DNA of 64,000 nucleotides. It comes from an uncultured bacterium (GTDB taxonomy: Bacteria > Zhuqueibacterota > QNDG01 > DTFT01). Each line of letters opens with the position of its first letter. Position 1 is the stretch's first letter. Below, piece by piece: positions 1 to 10,411 of this stretch. Location: assembly GCA_963736115.1 (NCBI GenBank), contig CAVTNR010000012.1:96001-160000 (forward strand). Reading direction: 5' to 3'. Position numbers and translations under genes: made by a program. The notes under the pieces are model-generated. The model did not search any database, had not been told where the DNA came from, and saw only the letters and a list, made by a program, of their open reading frames with translations.

Positions 1-2330
1 CCGGTATTGGCGCCGTAATAAACGATGGCGCCCCTGTCAGGGTGCCTGCAGATCAAGAATTCCGGGTACGATCCGTCCTTGTCCCCCGGCTGCAGCGGAT
101 CCGGAACCGGCGGGGAACCGTCGCTGTTTCTGGACATGTTCGTTCCGGTCCCCGTGCTCTCATACAGATATCCATTGTACCGGACGCCGTCCGATCCGGT
201 GAAACCCTGGTGCAGGAGATTGGTCGGCGCATACTCGCCCGCGCCGCATCCCGCGTGGAAAACAACGGGCAGTTTCTCCCGGCACACGCGCCAGTCGTCG
301 TGAGCGCCCATGCCCCAGGCGCCGTGCCCGTTGTAGAGCAGAAATCCCATGCCTTTCAGGGAGCCGTTCACGAATACCGCGGGATCGATCGGCGTGTCCG
401 CCGGATGCTCCGCATGCGTTTCATTGAACCCCGCGGCGGTCATGAGGGCTGATGTTTTCCGGGCGGCCTCGACCCACGAGGTCCAGTCCTGGTTGGCCAG
501 GGTGTAGGAATCATTGAACCACCAGGCGTGGAACGCCCTGGACTCGTACTGCAGAACCTTGTGGATGTAATTCTGCGCCTCCTGGACGTTCGAGCAGGGA
601 ATCCGGCCCACGGCCACTTCCGGATAGACATGGAGGTTTTCGGGATTGATGTCGTTCTTGTACATCTCGGCAAAATACCCGTCTCCGTCCGCATCCCAGT
701 CGTGGAACTTTCCGTCAGCGTCGTATAAATCCGCGTAATAGAGATCCGTGGCAAAATAATTCGGCAGAAACATCAGCATGGCTTCGGTGGTCGAGTCTCC
801 GGCGCTCCAGTTCCATCCCCAGCCGGGCCTGTCCAGAAATTCCTCGGGGAAGAAGTCTCCGTTCTCATACCCCGAAAGCGTGAAACGGACGGGCAGGAGC
901 TCGGAATCTCCGAACAGCATCACGTGGCGCACATTATAATACCGGTAGTAGAAGTCGATCCCCTTCTTGATGCTCTCAGCCGAATCTCGGCCGTCGGTCA
1001 TCGTCTGTACGTCCACCACATAAGTCCGGATCCCGGTGCTGTTTTTCCAGTCCACCAAAGGCTGAAGGGTTTCGATGAAAGGGGCGGCGGTCACGATCAG
1101 CAGATTCGCCGAAGTGACGTTCCAGGGCGCGTCGAAATACAGGCCGTTCCGGTCCGCGCCGGCGAAAATCGCGCCCCCGCCGGACGACCAGTTGCCGGGG
1201 GAATACACCAGTTTGGGCGCCACGTCCTCGGGCCAGGACGTGATGTCCGAGTCATTCACCGCCGTTTTCCCGTGCCATTCCGCCGGATCCGCGGCCGACG
1301 CCCACTGCCAGTACAGCGTGCGGCTCCTGCCCTCGTCGTCCCGTATGTACAGCAGGTTCACGTATTCATTTGGCGTTTCGCGGTAGTTCTCGATGTCTGA
1401 AACATATTCGTCCACATTCAGGGAATCGGCGATCCAGATCTCGGACGGCAGGAACCCGCTGGTGACGCAATCCTCCACCAGGTCGACCTGGTGGTCCCCG
1501 CGGTCGATGTTGAACATCGTCCAGGCCGTCAGTTCGTCGATGTTTGCCGCCGCCACATGGGGATCGTAGCGCACTTCCGGCAGGCTGGTCGCGGTCGAGG
1601 CCGTCTCCCAGTCGCTCCCTCCGTTGGGGGATATCATCACGGTGGTGTGATATCCCGACTCCTCAAAACCGCAATACCCGAGGCAGAGAATATGCTTGGG
1701 ATTGACATCAATACTCACCCGGGTGCCGGATCCGGCCCGCCAGCCGAAGGTCCGTTCATGGCAGACCGTCCAGGCATGCAGGGTCAAGAACGAGCACGTC
1801 GCGGCTCTCAGCCGCTTGGAAACCGCGTCGATTTCCTCGAGCCAGGCGGCGTAGTACAGGTCGTTCATCCGGCATGCGTCGAAGCTGTTCTCGATAACCG
1901 GCCTGTCGCTGACCGCCATGACCACCATTGCCGGGGCCGAGGCCCAGGTTCTGGCGTCCTCCCAGTTCAGCCTGAAACAGACCAGCTTGCCGGAAAAGGG
2001 CGAATTCGGATTGGGCTCGCGATAAAAAATGACGAGGTGTTTCTCCTCGTCATGCACGATCAGCTTGAATTTTTTGATGGAGTGATAACTGTTCATCCGG
2101 TACAGTTCGTTCCAGGAGTATCCCCGGTTGCGGGACTCGTAGACGATGATTTCAGTTCCGTTCTCTGGCTGAAAGACGACGAACATCGTGCCGTCCATGG
2201 CGTAATCGGCATCGAAGGTGCGCACATCGCCTTCCGTCCATATCGGGATGTCCAGGCCCCAGGCGGCCACCTCTGCGGGAATGCATGCGGCGAGACACAC
2301 GCAGAGCAGGATCGGAAAAGTCTTTTTCAT
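1..2330 (-). CDS. C25 (gingipain-family) cysteine peptidase, secreted; 3' end lies outside the window
   Basis: Hand translation; absent from the ORF track because the frame is open at the window edge. ATG at 2330 follows a GGAGG RBS, with signal peptide MKKTFPILLCVCLAAC. C25 motifs: LLIVTAAPF..L..WK, VMLFGD, TDLYYAD, PEVAVGRIP, YNGHG (His), PVVFHAGC (Cys), GAIVYYGA. Confidence 0.85.
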   Translation of the reverse strand, partial: MKKTFPILLCVCLAACIPAEVAAWGLDIPIWTEGDVRTFDADYAMDGTMFVVFQPENGTEIIVYESRNRGYSWNELYRMNSYHSIKKFKLIVHDEEKHLVIFYREPNPNSPFSGKLVCFRLNWEDARTWASAPAMVVMAVSDRPVIENSFDACRMNDLYYAAWLEEIDAVSKRLRAATCSFLTLHAWTVCHERTFGWRAGSGTRVSIDVNPKHILCLGYCGFEESGYHTTVMISPNGGSDWETASTATSLPEVRYDPHVAAANIDELTAWTMFNIDRGDHQVDLVEDCVTSGFLPSEIWIADSLNVDEYVSDIENYRETPNEYVNLLYIRDDEGRSRTLYWQWASAADPAEWHGKTAVNDSDITSWPEDVAPKLVYSPGNWSSGGGAIFAGADRNGLYFDAPWNVTSANLLIVTAAPFIETLQPLVDWKNSTGIRTYVVDVQTMTDGRDSAESIKKGIDFYYRYYNVRHVMLFGDSELLPVRFTLSGYENGDFFPEEFLDRPGWGWNWSAGDSTTEAMLMFLPNYFATDLYYADLYDADGKFHDWDADGDGYFAEMYKNDINPENLHVYPEVAVGRIPCSNVQEAQNYIHKVLQYESRAFHAWWFNDSYTLANQDWTSWVEAARKTSALMTAAGFNETHAEHPADTPIDPAVFVNGSLKGMGFLLYNGHGAWGMGAHDDWRVCREKLPVVFHAGCGAGEYAPTNLLHQGFTGSDGVRYNGYLYESTGTGTNMSRNSDGSPPVPDPLQPGDKDGSYPEFLICRHPDRGAIVYYGANT

Positions 2331-2499
2331 GGCATCCTCCCTCCCGGTGAAGAGTTTTCATGCCGGAAAAATGCGGCTATCTGTTTGATTTTTTAAGCCT
2401 GGATAGATCAGCCTCCTGCGGGATTTCGGAGCGGGGGATTTGACCGATGACTGAAATGTACCGATATTCTTGAGAAAAAGACAGCTATATTATCGAAAA

Positions 2500-2538
2500 A
2501 CCCTGCCGCAAGTCGTGGAGTATCGCAAGAAACTTGGA
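2500..2538. repeat. Dispersed intergenic repeat, copy 1 (inverted copy near 35538)
   Basis: 2517-2538 GGAGTATCGCAAGAAACTTGGA is the exact reverse complement of 35538-35559, and both copies also share ACCCTGCCG. Confidence 0.7.
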
Positions 2539-2639
2539 GTAGGGTTGCCGCCCCGCTGCTCGGGACCAGGCTATTATAAGCCTTCTGGTGGAAGACAGGC
2601 CCTGTTGCGAAACACCCGGTGAAACATCGATGGATTATT

Positions 2640-3596
2640 TCATGGATACCACTGTCCGATAAAATAAACACCGGCGTCCTCTTCCGAGAAAACGGCCTGA
2701 CGGCATAGAAATTCAGGGGGGAAATAATCGGGCGTGATGTTCCGGTTATTCGACCCGTCCGCATCCATCATGTACATGTCGTACTTCCCCGCTCCGGAAA
2801 CCGCCGCCACGATGTAGACGATCCGATCATCCGTGGCGGACCATTCGGGCAGGCCCTGGGTGCAGGCTGTATGTGTCAACCGCGACTCCTGAAACCCCGC
2901 CGAATCGACCTTGAAAATGTCATACCCGCCGTTGGCCTGGCCGGCGTCCACCAATCGTTCGAAAACGACCCTGCTTCCATCCGAATTGAACCTGGGATCG
3001 TAATCCCCGGCCGGCAGATTGGCGCTCCCCCATTCGCCGGCATTCGGCGGGTCGGTCAGCCGCCGCGGATCCGTTCCATCTTCGCGAATCGTCCAAAGTT
3101 GACTGTCCCGTGTAAAGACGATCCGGCCGCCGCTTCCCCAATTCACGTCCGCGTCATGGGTTCCGGAATCATAAAACAGCCTCTGATGGCCGCCGTTCGA
3201 GTCCATCATGAACAGATCCAGTGTCGATTGCATCGAAAGATAGACGACCCGGCCCCCGTCCGGTGCAAAACCGGGATACACGTCCATGGCGCCGTTCCGG
3301 GTCAGGCGGGTCAATCCGGATCCGTCCACGCCGATCGTCATGATTTCATAATGGATGTCCGCATCCCCTTCGGCTTTCTGCGCAAATGCCAGCTTCCGGT
3401 TGCGGCGGTCCAGAGACAGGCCCTGGATACTCCGATCGTCGTCGTGAATCAGCGTGACATTTTCGGAGGTCAAATCCAGGCGGTAGATGCCCCAGTCCGA
3501 TTCATGCGTCACGCTTTTACGCTCCGGAGACGTGGCTTGCTTGCAGGAACACAGAACCACCAGACAAACGGCCGAGAGAAGGATCCTGATTTTCAT
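2640..3596 (-). CDS. TolB/PD40-type beta-propeller lipoprotein
   Basis: Lipobox LCSC; repeats such as PGFAPDGGRVVY, PRFNSDGSRVVF and PEWSATDDRIVY; GGAGG precedes the ATG at 3596. Confidence 0.8.
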   Translation of the reverse strand: MKIRILLSAVCLVVLCSCKQATSPERKSVTHESDWGIYRLDLTSENVTLIHDDDRSIQGLSLDRRNRKLAFAQKAEGDADIHYEIMTIGVDGSGLTRLTRNGAMDVYPGFAPDGGRVVYLSMQSTLDLFMMDSNGGHQRLFYDSGTHDADVNWGSGGRIVFTRDSQLWTIREDGTDPRRLTDPPNAGEWGSANLPAGDYDPRFNSDGSRVVFERLVDAGQANGGYDIFKVDSAGFQESRLTHTACTQGLPEWSATDDRIVYIVAAVSGAGKYDMYMMDADGSNNRNITPDYFPPEFLCRQAVFSEEDAGVYFIGQWYP

Positions 3597-3759
3597 ACGT
3601 GCCTCCGGGTTGACCGGAAAAGACACAATCGTCCGGCATTTCCTTGTCCGGGCCTGAAACGGATCTGATCTCTCCGGTGGTTTTTCCGGGATCCACCGGC
3701 TGTAACGACCCCGGACACCAGAAGTCCGGGTCCATCAGGGCAACCCTCCGATCCCGCCC

Positions 3760-4353
3760 TTAAAAAAAATTCTGCGCCAGAAACGGGATCCAGGCGAATG
3801 CGACGAACACGCAGGCGCCGACGCACATTTTAATCGCTGGTTTCAGCTTTCGTGCTGCGGCGCCGGATACCAGGCAGAGAACCATCGCCAGGATCCAGGG
3901 GCCATAGGCTGTGTTCACCATTTTTTTCCTGCGATGCTGCCAGGTCTCTTTGAAGTTTTGCTCGGGGAACAGCACTCGCAACCGGCCGTTTTCCGGAACA
4001 TCCGGGTTGTACAGCACGGCCAGGGTCTGGCCCACGTGGACCTGCGCTTCGAGATCCGCACGGGACTGCACGGGACCCTTGACGTAACCGCCCAGGCTGA
4101 ACTCCTCTTTCCGGCCCTCGATGGTGACGACGGCATAATGCTCGTCATAAGTCCGGTTTCTGCGCATTTCGCCTTTTGAAAAAAACAGCCGGTCCACCGT
4201 GCACACGGCCGGCCTGTACCCGTCCGCGTGTATCAGGATCGCCACGCTTTTCCCGACGAAAAAGGCCGTTAGCATGGCCGTCCACATCGAAAGGACAATG
4301 GCTGTCAGCCCGAACAGTTTTCTAAGACCATCGAACAGGCTTTGCGCTTTCAT
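3760..4353 (-). CDS. Hypothetical membrane protein (DUF3592-like layout)
   Basis: N-terminal TM segment, soluble region with VGQTLAVLYNPD, two C-terminal TM segments. Confidence 0.55.
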   Translation of the reverse strand: MKAQSLFDGLRKLFGLTAIVLSMWTAMLTAFFVGKSVAILIHADGYRPAVCTVDRLFFSKGEMRRNRTYDEHYAVVTIEGRKEEFSLGGYVKGPVQSRADLEAQVHVGQTLAVLYNPDVPENGRLRVLFPEQNFKETWQHRRKKMVNTAYGPWILAMVLCLVSGAAARKLKPAIKMCVGACVFVAFAWIPFLAQNFF

Positions 4354-4486
4354 GCTTCCTTCCCGGTCGCTTCGCGATACCTGACGATTCGCGGAGAAAT
4401 GAAGGCCCCCGGTTTACTCTCAATACGCAATCGTATGGCATTGAAAGCACCCTCTCCCTCAAAACGCCTTCCATGTGAAAGCCGCG

Positions 4487-5428
4487 TTATTCCCACCCGT
4501 TTTGAATGCCGTGTTTGGCGATGTACCCGATGGCCTCGATTTCATGAATTTGGCCGTTCCGTATCTTGAAAATATGAGCGGCCGGGAGATCGAAAGGGCC
4601 CCAGGTGTTGGCTCTTTCGGTGATTCCGGGAACGCCTGTGATTTTCATGATCTTGGGCTCCCCGTCATGCCTGAAAATGGAAAACGCGAACACCAGCCCC
4701 ATTTCCTCGTCCACGGCCAGCAGACGGCGGCTGTCGATATCGGTGATATAGCTCATGACACCGGTGCTGAGCTGGTCGCTGCATGTCATTTTTCTGAACA
4801 CCGAGAAATCGTCCTGTGCGGCTTCTTCCGGGGTCTGCGTCTGATCATTGGCGCTGATTCCGCCGTTCTCCCGCCGCTGGCAGTCCTCCGCGAAAGGCGC
4901 GACTTTACCGTTGTCCTGGACAATGGCCTCATAATACGAATTCGCGATTTTCAGCATCCGGTCGCGCGGGACGCGTTCGGAGGGTTTCACGGGCTCAAGC
5001 AATCCGGGCCGCGCTTTCGACATATTGGGATTCAAGGCGGGTCCGTAGGGAGGAATCACCAGGTGGTCGATTTCAGTGATTTGACCGCCCGCCACCTTCA
5101 GCCGGATGGCGACAATGGCCGGCTTTTGCCTGTCCTGGATGACTCCGATGAATCCGATTTGCCCTTCGACCGGATCAGCCACGACGATTTTGAATTCCGT
5201 CGGCCCTGCCGTGGCCGTTTCCCAGAGTCCCTTTCCGACCGGCGTGACAACCGTGTTTTCCACGAGCTTGACGTCTCCCGCAAGCGGCACGCCGGCGGGA
5301 TCGTGATTTGCGAGAGCCGCGAGATACTGATCCATGAGCGCGACCAGGGCCGGCCGATTCATTTTCCCGGAGCAGGCAAAGGACCCGAGCAGGATCATCA
5401 GGCACATCGCTTTAACGCATGGGTTCAC
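4487..5428 (-). CDS. Uncharacterised lipoprotein, probably two NTF2/SnoaL-like domains
   Basis: Lipobox GSFAC; two similar halves (LMDQYLAAL..KLVEN..GQITEID and IANSYYEAI..RRENG..GQIHEIE). Confidence 0.6.
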   Translation of the reverse strand: MNPCVKAMCLMILLGSFACSGKMNRPALVALMDQYLAALANHDPAGVPLAGDVKLVENTVVTPVGKGLWETATAGPTEFKIVVADPVEGQIGFIGVIQDRQKPAIVAIRLKVAGGQITEIDHLVIPPYGPALNPNMSKARPGLLEPVKPSERVPRDRMLKIANSYYEAIVQDNGKVAPFAEDCQRRENGGISANDQTQTPEEAAQDDFSVFRKMTCSDQLSTGVMSYITDIDSRRLLAVDEEMGLVFAFSIFRHDGEPKIMKITGVPGITERANTWGPFDLPAAHIFKIRNGQIHEIEAIGYIAKHGIQNGWE

Positions 5429-5531
5429 AACTCCTCCTCTTCTGAAGAATCGATATCGCCGGTCCCCTGATCCCCGGAGGTTCCGGACCCGGCATTCTTC
5501 CCTCTGCGGAAGGGGGCGTTTTTACAGAAGA

Positions 5532-6905
5532 TCACCTCACGCCGCTTCCGGAAACCACCAGGGTCCCGAAGCTGAGAGGCGGCATGTGGACCCCGTAAAC
5601 GGCTTTTCGGACCTGAATCCGGGTAAAAACGGGATCCGTTTTCCTGTTGTACAGCGTCACGACGACGGTACCGGAGGGATCCAGAAATGCGACCGCATCC
5701 GCTTCAGGGGACAGTCCCTCGGTTTCGACCATCCGCGAACCGGGCGGAACGAATTTCGAGAAACTGCCGATGGCCCCGAACAGGGGCGTGTACCGGACCT
5801 GCTTCGTCGCGGGATCGACCGTGATCATGGAATTCTGCGGCCAGGGCTTTTTCGAGTCTATGCTCATGCCGTCCGGCTGGAGAACCATGTTCCAAAGCTC
5901 GTACACGGTCACGCCCGCCTTGAGCCAGTCGCGTATCTTGTCCCAGGTGAAGCCGGCATAGTGGATGTCGTTCTGCGGCATGTCCGGGTCGTGGTTCGGC
6001 ATCCAGAACCAGTTGCCGCAGTCGGTTTCGGTCTGCCACACGGTCAGCCCCGGCGCGAAGGCCCTCAATTGATCCATAAACCCGATGCTGAACCACTGCA
6101 TGCCCGCCAGGGAAACGAACCGGCGCGCGGCCGGATCGAGAAGCACGGCAAGCGCGTGCCGGACGTTCGCGGGCTGGTTGAAGGTGCCGAGCATGACCGC
6201 GTCAAGCAGGCCCTCCTTCTCGAAAAGCGGACCGAGGTGATCGCGGATGAATGTGAGGAACTGGGGCGGCGTCCAGTCGCAGGACGGGTAATTCGTATTC
6301 GTTCCCGGTTCATTCTGAACCGCCACCGCCTCCATCGGCAGTCCCTCCTGCCTGTATGCCCGGATGAACTTGAGGAGGTACAGCGCATAGGCCCGGTACA
6401 TCATGGGATCGTCGATGAAATTGCCCGAGTCGAATGATGCATTGTCCTTCATCCACGTCGGCGGCGTCCAGGCGGAACCCCACAGCCTGAGCTTCGGCTG
6501 TATGGCCAGGGCTTCCTGGATGTACGGGATGACGCGGATTCTATCACGCTCTATCGAAAATTGCTTCATCTCGTAGTCCAGCGGGATCTCGTTCAGGGAA
6601 TACCGCTCCACGGCGTAGTCGTTCGCACCGACCGGCACGCGGCAGACCGTGAATCCGATTCCTTCGACCGGATCGAACATCCGCCGCATGACCGCCGCGC
6701 GCGCCTGCCTGCTCAGCACGGAGAGCGCCTCCCAGCCCTTTTCGTTGAAGCATCCGCCGAATCCTTCCACGGTCTGGCGGGTCTTTCCCGGATACACGAC
6801 GATGTTCGGCATGCCGGATCCGGCGTCTCTGACCGGATGTTCGACAAAAAAGGAATCGGAGGTTGAAACAAAAAAGCCTGCAGGGCCGGAGGATGGCGCG
6901 TTCAT
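5532..6905 (-). CDS. Glycoside hydrolase family 30
   Basis: Motifs QTVEGFGG, SAWTPPTWMK, AVQNEP (acid/base), VWQTE (nucleophile), FSKFVPPGS. Confidence 0.9.
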   Translation of the reverse strand: MNAPSSGPAGFFVSTSDSFFVEHPVRDAGSGMPNIVVYPGKTRQTVEGFGGCFNEKGWEALSVLSRQARAAVMRRMFDPVEGIGFTVCRVPVGANDYAVERYSLNEIPLDYEMKQFSIERDRIRVIPYIQEALAIQPKLRLWGSAWTPPTWMKDNASFDSGNFIDDPMMYRAYALYLLKFIRAYRQEGLPMEAVAVQNEPGTNTNYPSCDWTPPQFLTFIRDHLGPLFEKEGLLDAVMLGTFNQPANVRHALAVLLDPAARRFVSLAGMQWFSIGFMDQLRAFAPGLTVWQTETDCGNWFWMPNHDPDMPQNDIHYAGFTWDKIRDWLKAGVTVYELWNMVLQPDGMSIDSKKPWPQNSMITVDPATKQVRYTPLFGAIGSFSKFVPPGSRMVETEGLSPEADAVAFLDPSGTVVVTLYNRKTDPVFTRIQVRKAVYGVHMPPLSFGTLVVSGSGVR

Positions 6906-6999
6906 GGTTATGCCTTTCTTCTGTGATGCGATCCGACTTCCCTTGAGAGCATGGGTTTGTACCGGTCAGGCGTCCACGAGGGAGGAAGGCGCCGCTCGG

Positions 7000-7626
7000 T
7001 CACGTCACCGTGTCCCGAAGAGCCTTTCCCCCGAGATATATCCATATGACGCCGACCATGGAAATCAGGTGATACACCCCGTTCTGGTCCAGAGAGCCGA
7101 AAAAGAGCATGCCGATCCTCTGGATCGCCGAGGCCCCGAACAGGATGAGTACGCCCGCAATCATGTTTCGCAGGCCAGGGCTGTTTTTAACGTTCAAAAG
7201 GCACATCACCAGCAGGAACAGCATCACCGGAGCATAGTTGACAATGACCACCAGAAAGTTAGTGACTTCGAGAATCGCGATCGTGTATGCGATCGATTGA
7301 ACGATGCCGAATATCAGGAAATACCGCCGGACCGGACGCGAAAAGAATTGCGCGGCAATGGTCATCAGCAGAAAGAAGGTCATCATCCCGAGAAGAATCC
7401 AGGTCAATAGTTGAATGAAAGTCCGGGGCAAACCCGGGCCCTGGAAGAAACCGTGGTCAATCCCTCCGGCGATCGTGGCCAGACCGAGAAACAGCATCAT
7501 GCCGCTCCAGAACCAGGCGGCCGAAAACCTGGCCTTGGAAATTTGCGCCAGCATTCCCGCGAAGAAAAACACTTCGGCGGCGAGAATGAAGTTGGTAATC
7601 GAGGTGACGGCAAATGCATCCATCAT
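7000..7626 (-). CDS. Multi-pass membrane protein (DUF6962-like)
   Basis: About 7 hydrophobic segments with GGIDHG and NGVYH motifs. Confidence 0.6.
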   Translation of the reverse strand: MMDAFAVTSITNFILAAEVFFFAGMLAQISKARFSAAWFWSGMMLFLGLATIAGGIDHGFFQGPGLPRTFIQLLTWILLGMMTFFLLMTIAAQFFSRPVRRYFLIFGIVQSIAYTIAILEVTNFLVVIVNYAPVMLFLLVMCLLNVKNSPGLRNMIAGVLILFGASAIQRIGMLFFGSLDQNGVYHLISMVGVIWIYLGGKALRDTVT

Positions 7627-7817
7627 GGCTCTCTTTTCAATGTTAGGAGTCTATGGGGTTTGACGATGAAGTCCGCGAGCTCGCATGTCATCACGACAAC
7701 CGCGGGCGTCCCGGTCACAGCCGCCTCGGCCAGCCCGTTGAACAGAAGGTTGTCCGCCACCGCAGACGTCATCGGCACCGTCAGGATCGCGCAAAGAATT
7801 CGGATGATGGTTTTCAC
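7623..7817 (-). CDS. Small hypothetical protein or gene remnant
   Basis: GTG start after GAGGT, signal-like N-terminus, ATGA overlap with the downstream gene. Confidence 0.35.
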   Translation of the reverse strand: MKTIIRILCAILTVPMTSAVADNLLFNGLAEAAVTGTPAVVVMTCELADFIVKPHRLLTLKREP

Positions 7818-7996
7818 GGGACCTCATCGATTTGGCGTGCCGGATGTCACAGGATAGTTATCGAGAATATAATCAATATTACGGAGTTTGGGAAATCAAT
7901 TCTTTTTGTAAAAAAACGGTTACCTCCTTATGGAAGGTAACCGTTTTTCGCTTCTTTATTGGGATAATCCGGGGAGGCCGTAGAATCTTGCTGATT

Positions 7997-8926
7997 TCAC
8001 TTTTCCAAAATCTCCCGCACCGGCCGGCCTTCGATATAACCCCGGTACCCCTCTGGCGCCATCTGGAACCGCGGGCCATCGTCATCCGCCCATTCAAATC
8101 CGTACAGTTCGGGCTTGTACGTTTTCATCACGGTCCATAGGCTGTTAATGGCCTGTTCGAATTCCTCGTCCTTGAAAGGCGGACCCTGAAAAATCATCAT
8201 CTTGCAGGGCCTGAGATCGATGCAGTCATAGCTTTCAGGAATCCGGCCGGAATAATCGGCCGGCACTTCCACGCCCTGGCAGTACTCGGAGGTGCCTTTG
8301 GGGGCCATGCGCTGCGGCAGCCATACACCGACCGGTTCGTATAGCGCCTCCTTGACGCTGACCAGCATGCCCCAGACGTCGCACCCGACTTCTTTGCAGT
8401 ATTCGTAGTAGTCCGTGGCCGCAATGCCTCTCTTCAGGATCATCTTCCGGGCCGGCCGGTCGACGACCTGGACGAACACGGTTTGCATCACATCCTCTTT
8501 CCGCTTGTCCACATTCTTCGGGTCCATGGTCTTCTCCTCTTTGAACAGGTGGGGATGGTTTTCCAGGATCCGGTAAGGGATGAAGAGGCCGACCGGGGGC
8601 TTGTGCTTCTTGTACGCCGCGGGATTGATTCCGAATTGCCTCGAAAACGCCCGTGTGAATCCTTCGTGCGTATCAAAGACGAAATCAAAGGCCACGTCAA
8701 TCACCTTGACCTTTTCATCCCTCAGTTTCAGCGCAGCCCGGGACAGTCTGCAGGCCCGGATGTAGTCGAACGGCGTCTTCCCGATATGCTCCTTGAAAAT
8801 CCGCGACGCGTGCCAGGGTGAAAGCCCTGACACTTTCGCGAGATCATACAGGGTGATCCGCTCGGTCATGCGGGACTGAATGTAATCATGCATTTTGCCG
8901 ACTGCTCTGATCCGGTCTTCTTTCAT
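7997..8926 (-). CDS. AraC-family regulator with GyrI-like effector domain
   Basis: AraC HTH (LAKVSGLSPWHASRIF..FTRAFSRQFGINP) plus a C-terminal YCQGVEV domain; ATG at 8926 has an RBS. Confidence 0.9.
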   Translation of the reverse strand: MKEDRIRAVGKMHDYIQSRMTERITLYDLAKVSGLSPWHASRIFKEHIGKTPFDYIRACRLSRAALKLRDEKVKVIDVAFDFVFDTHEGFTRAFSRQFGINPAAYKKHKPPVGLFIPYRILENHPHLFKEEKTMDPKNVDKRKEDVMQTVFVQVVDRPARKMILKRGIAATDYYEYCKEVGCDVWGMLVSVKEALYEPVGVWLPQRMAPKGTSEYCQGVEVPADYSGRIPESYDCIDLRPCKMMIFQGPPFKDEEFEQAINSLWTVMKTYKPELYGFEWADDDGPRFQMAPEGYRGYIEGRPVREILEK

Positions 8927-9291
8927 CCGATCCTTCTCCGAACGGGACAAGTTATCAAATCCGAAAGGGAATTTCTTGACTTCAATTGCTATATGGGTAA
9001 ATTTTGGACTGAATGCAAAGGGATTTTCAGAAGAATAGAGTGAACGCGGTTCCAGAACGCTGTTTTTTTGGTTTTAAACCGCGCGCACCCCAAAATGGAG
9101 GAACCGTTTCAGGCGGATCTGTACTGATTGTTCTTTTACGGAGGATTAATGATCCAGTCTTTTTATTGGAAGGATAAAGGGCGTTTTCTTTTTATAATCA
9201 ATATATGCATTTTCGAATTTCTCCGGAAATTCTATCTCCTAAGCTGTCTTCAAATAGACGGATAGGAGTACCGCGGATACCGCCACTGCGG

Positions 9292-9816
9292 TCATGGCTG
9301 TTTATGCTCCGATTGCCTGAAAACAGCGGTTTTTTTGATGGCCCTGCCCGCTTTGAACAGAATAGAGATGGAGACCGCGATTAAAATCGCGAATGGAATG
9401 GAAATTATGAAGAACCTGTGCATGCCGAAATATCCGTTCTGGTATCCGACTTTCAGCAGCCAGCTGGTTGTCGGCGCCAGAAGCAGAACGCCTGTCAGAA
9501 GCCCCGGACAGTATTTTTTCAAAACGAAAGCAGCCGCCAGGTGCGGAACAAATACGTTGACGAGCATTCCGAAATTGAAGCCGAAGTACAGATAGCCGGG
9601 AATACTGCGCTTCCCTTTCATGTAGAACAGGGCGGTGATGACCGCGGCCAGCATGGTCAGGACAACCAGGGCGAATGAAAATTCGAAGGTCCCGACCGGC
9701 TTGTGAAATCGGCCGGCATTTTTCGAGAACTTCGGAAGCCACAGCGCTTCTTCGAGATTATGGATGGTCAACACGACCGGAAAAAGCCAGAAAAACCAGG
9801 GGATTGAAGCGTCCAT
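9292..9816 (-). CDS. HXXEE domain membrane protein
   Basis: IHNLEE motif, YCPGLLTG, several TM segments. Confidence 0.85.
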   Translation of the reverse strand: MDASIPWFFWLFPVVLTIHNLEEALWLPKFSKNAGRFHKPVGTFEFSFALVVLTMLAAVITALFYMKGKRSIPGYLYFGFNFGMLVNVFVPHLAAAFVLKKYCPGLLTGVLLLAPTTSWLLKVGYQNGYFGMHRFFIISIPFAILIAVSISILFKAGRAIKKTAVFRQSEHKQP

Positions 9817-9871
9817 CGGTTGCCGGCATCCTTCTTTAAAAACATTGTATGAGTGCGGGACGGGATCCGAC

Positions 9872-10366
9872 TCACGGTTTTAGAGAAGATTGGCGTTTCC
9901 GCATGCTCGTCTTCCCGCCTGCAAGTTGCTTTCCTTTCGGCTTCCGCTTCAGAACGAGCAGTCGCTCGATGTCTGCCACGACCTTTTTGGAGTCAACCGG
10001 AATGGCGACCCACTTGCCATCATGAAACGTGGCAGCCTTTTGATAATCTTCCCGAACATGAGTCGTCAGTTTCGGCAGAATCGCATCGACCTTCTCCCGT
10101 TCTTCCGCTCCGAAGACCAGGAGGAACAGGAACCGTCCCTTCTCCGGAATCAGGTTGCAGAACGACTTGGATTTTTTGTACCTGAGGGACCAGCCCCATT
10201 TTCTGCCGCCGAACCACCAGTCTGGTTCGAATACATCCGGGTACTGCGCATCGATGAACCCGGTGAGTTCATTCCAGAGCGTATTGGCCCTGGCGCCGAT
10301 CCACTTATTCACTTGTTCCGGTTCGGGCGGCTTCCCGGCTTCAAGCATGCGGCTATGTTCGGTCAC
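9872..10366 (-). CDS. DUF3788 family protein
   Basis: GWSLRYKKSKSFC, VFG..E, DGKW and LKRKP pattern. Confidence 0.75.
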   Translation of the reverse strand: MTEHSRMLEAGKPPEPEQVNKWIGARANTLWNELTGFIDAQYPDVFEPDWWFGGRKWGWSLRYKKSKSFCNLIPEKGRFLFLLVFGAEEREKVDAILPKLTTHVREDYQKAATFHDGKWVAIPVDSKKVVADIERLLVLKRKPKGKQLAGGKTSMRKRQSSLKP

Positions 10367-10411
10367 GCTGATCTCTCCTTTAATAAGTCCGTCAACAGCG
10401 CCTGCCGCCGC

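Noticed and set aside
1-2330. C25 protein as the T9SS sortase PorU
   Set aside because: The N-terminal region does not look like PorU to me, no porV lies upstream of it, and the C-terminus is not visible.
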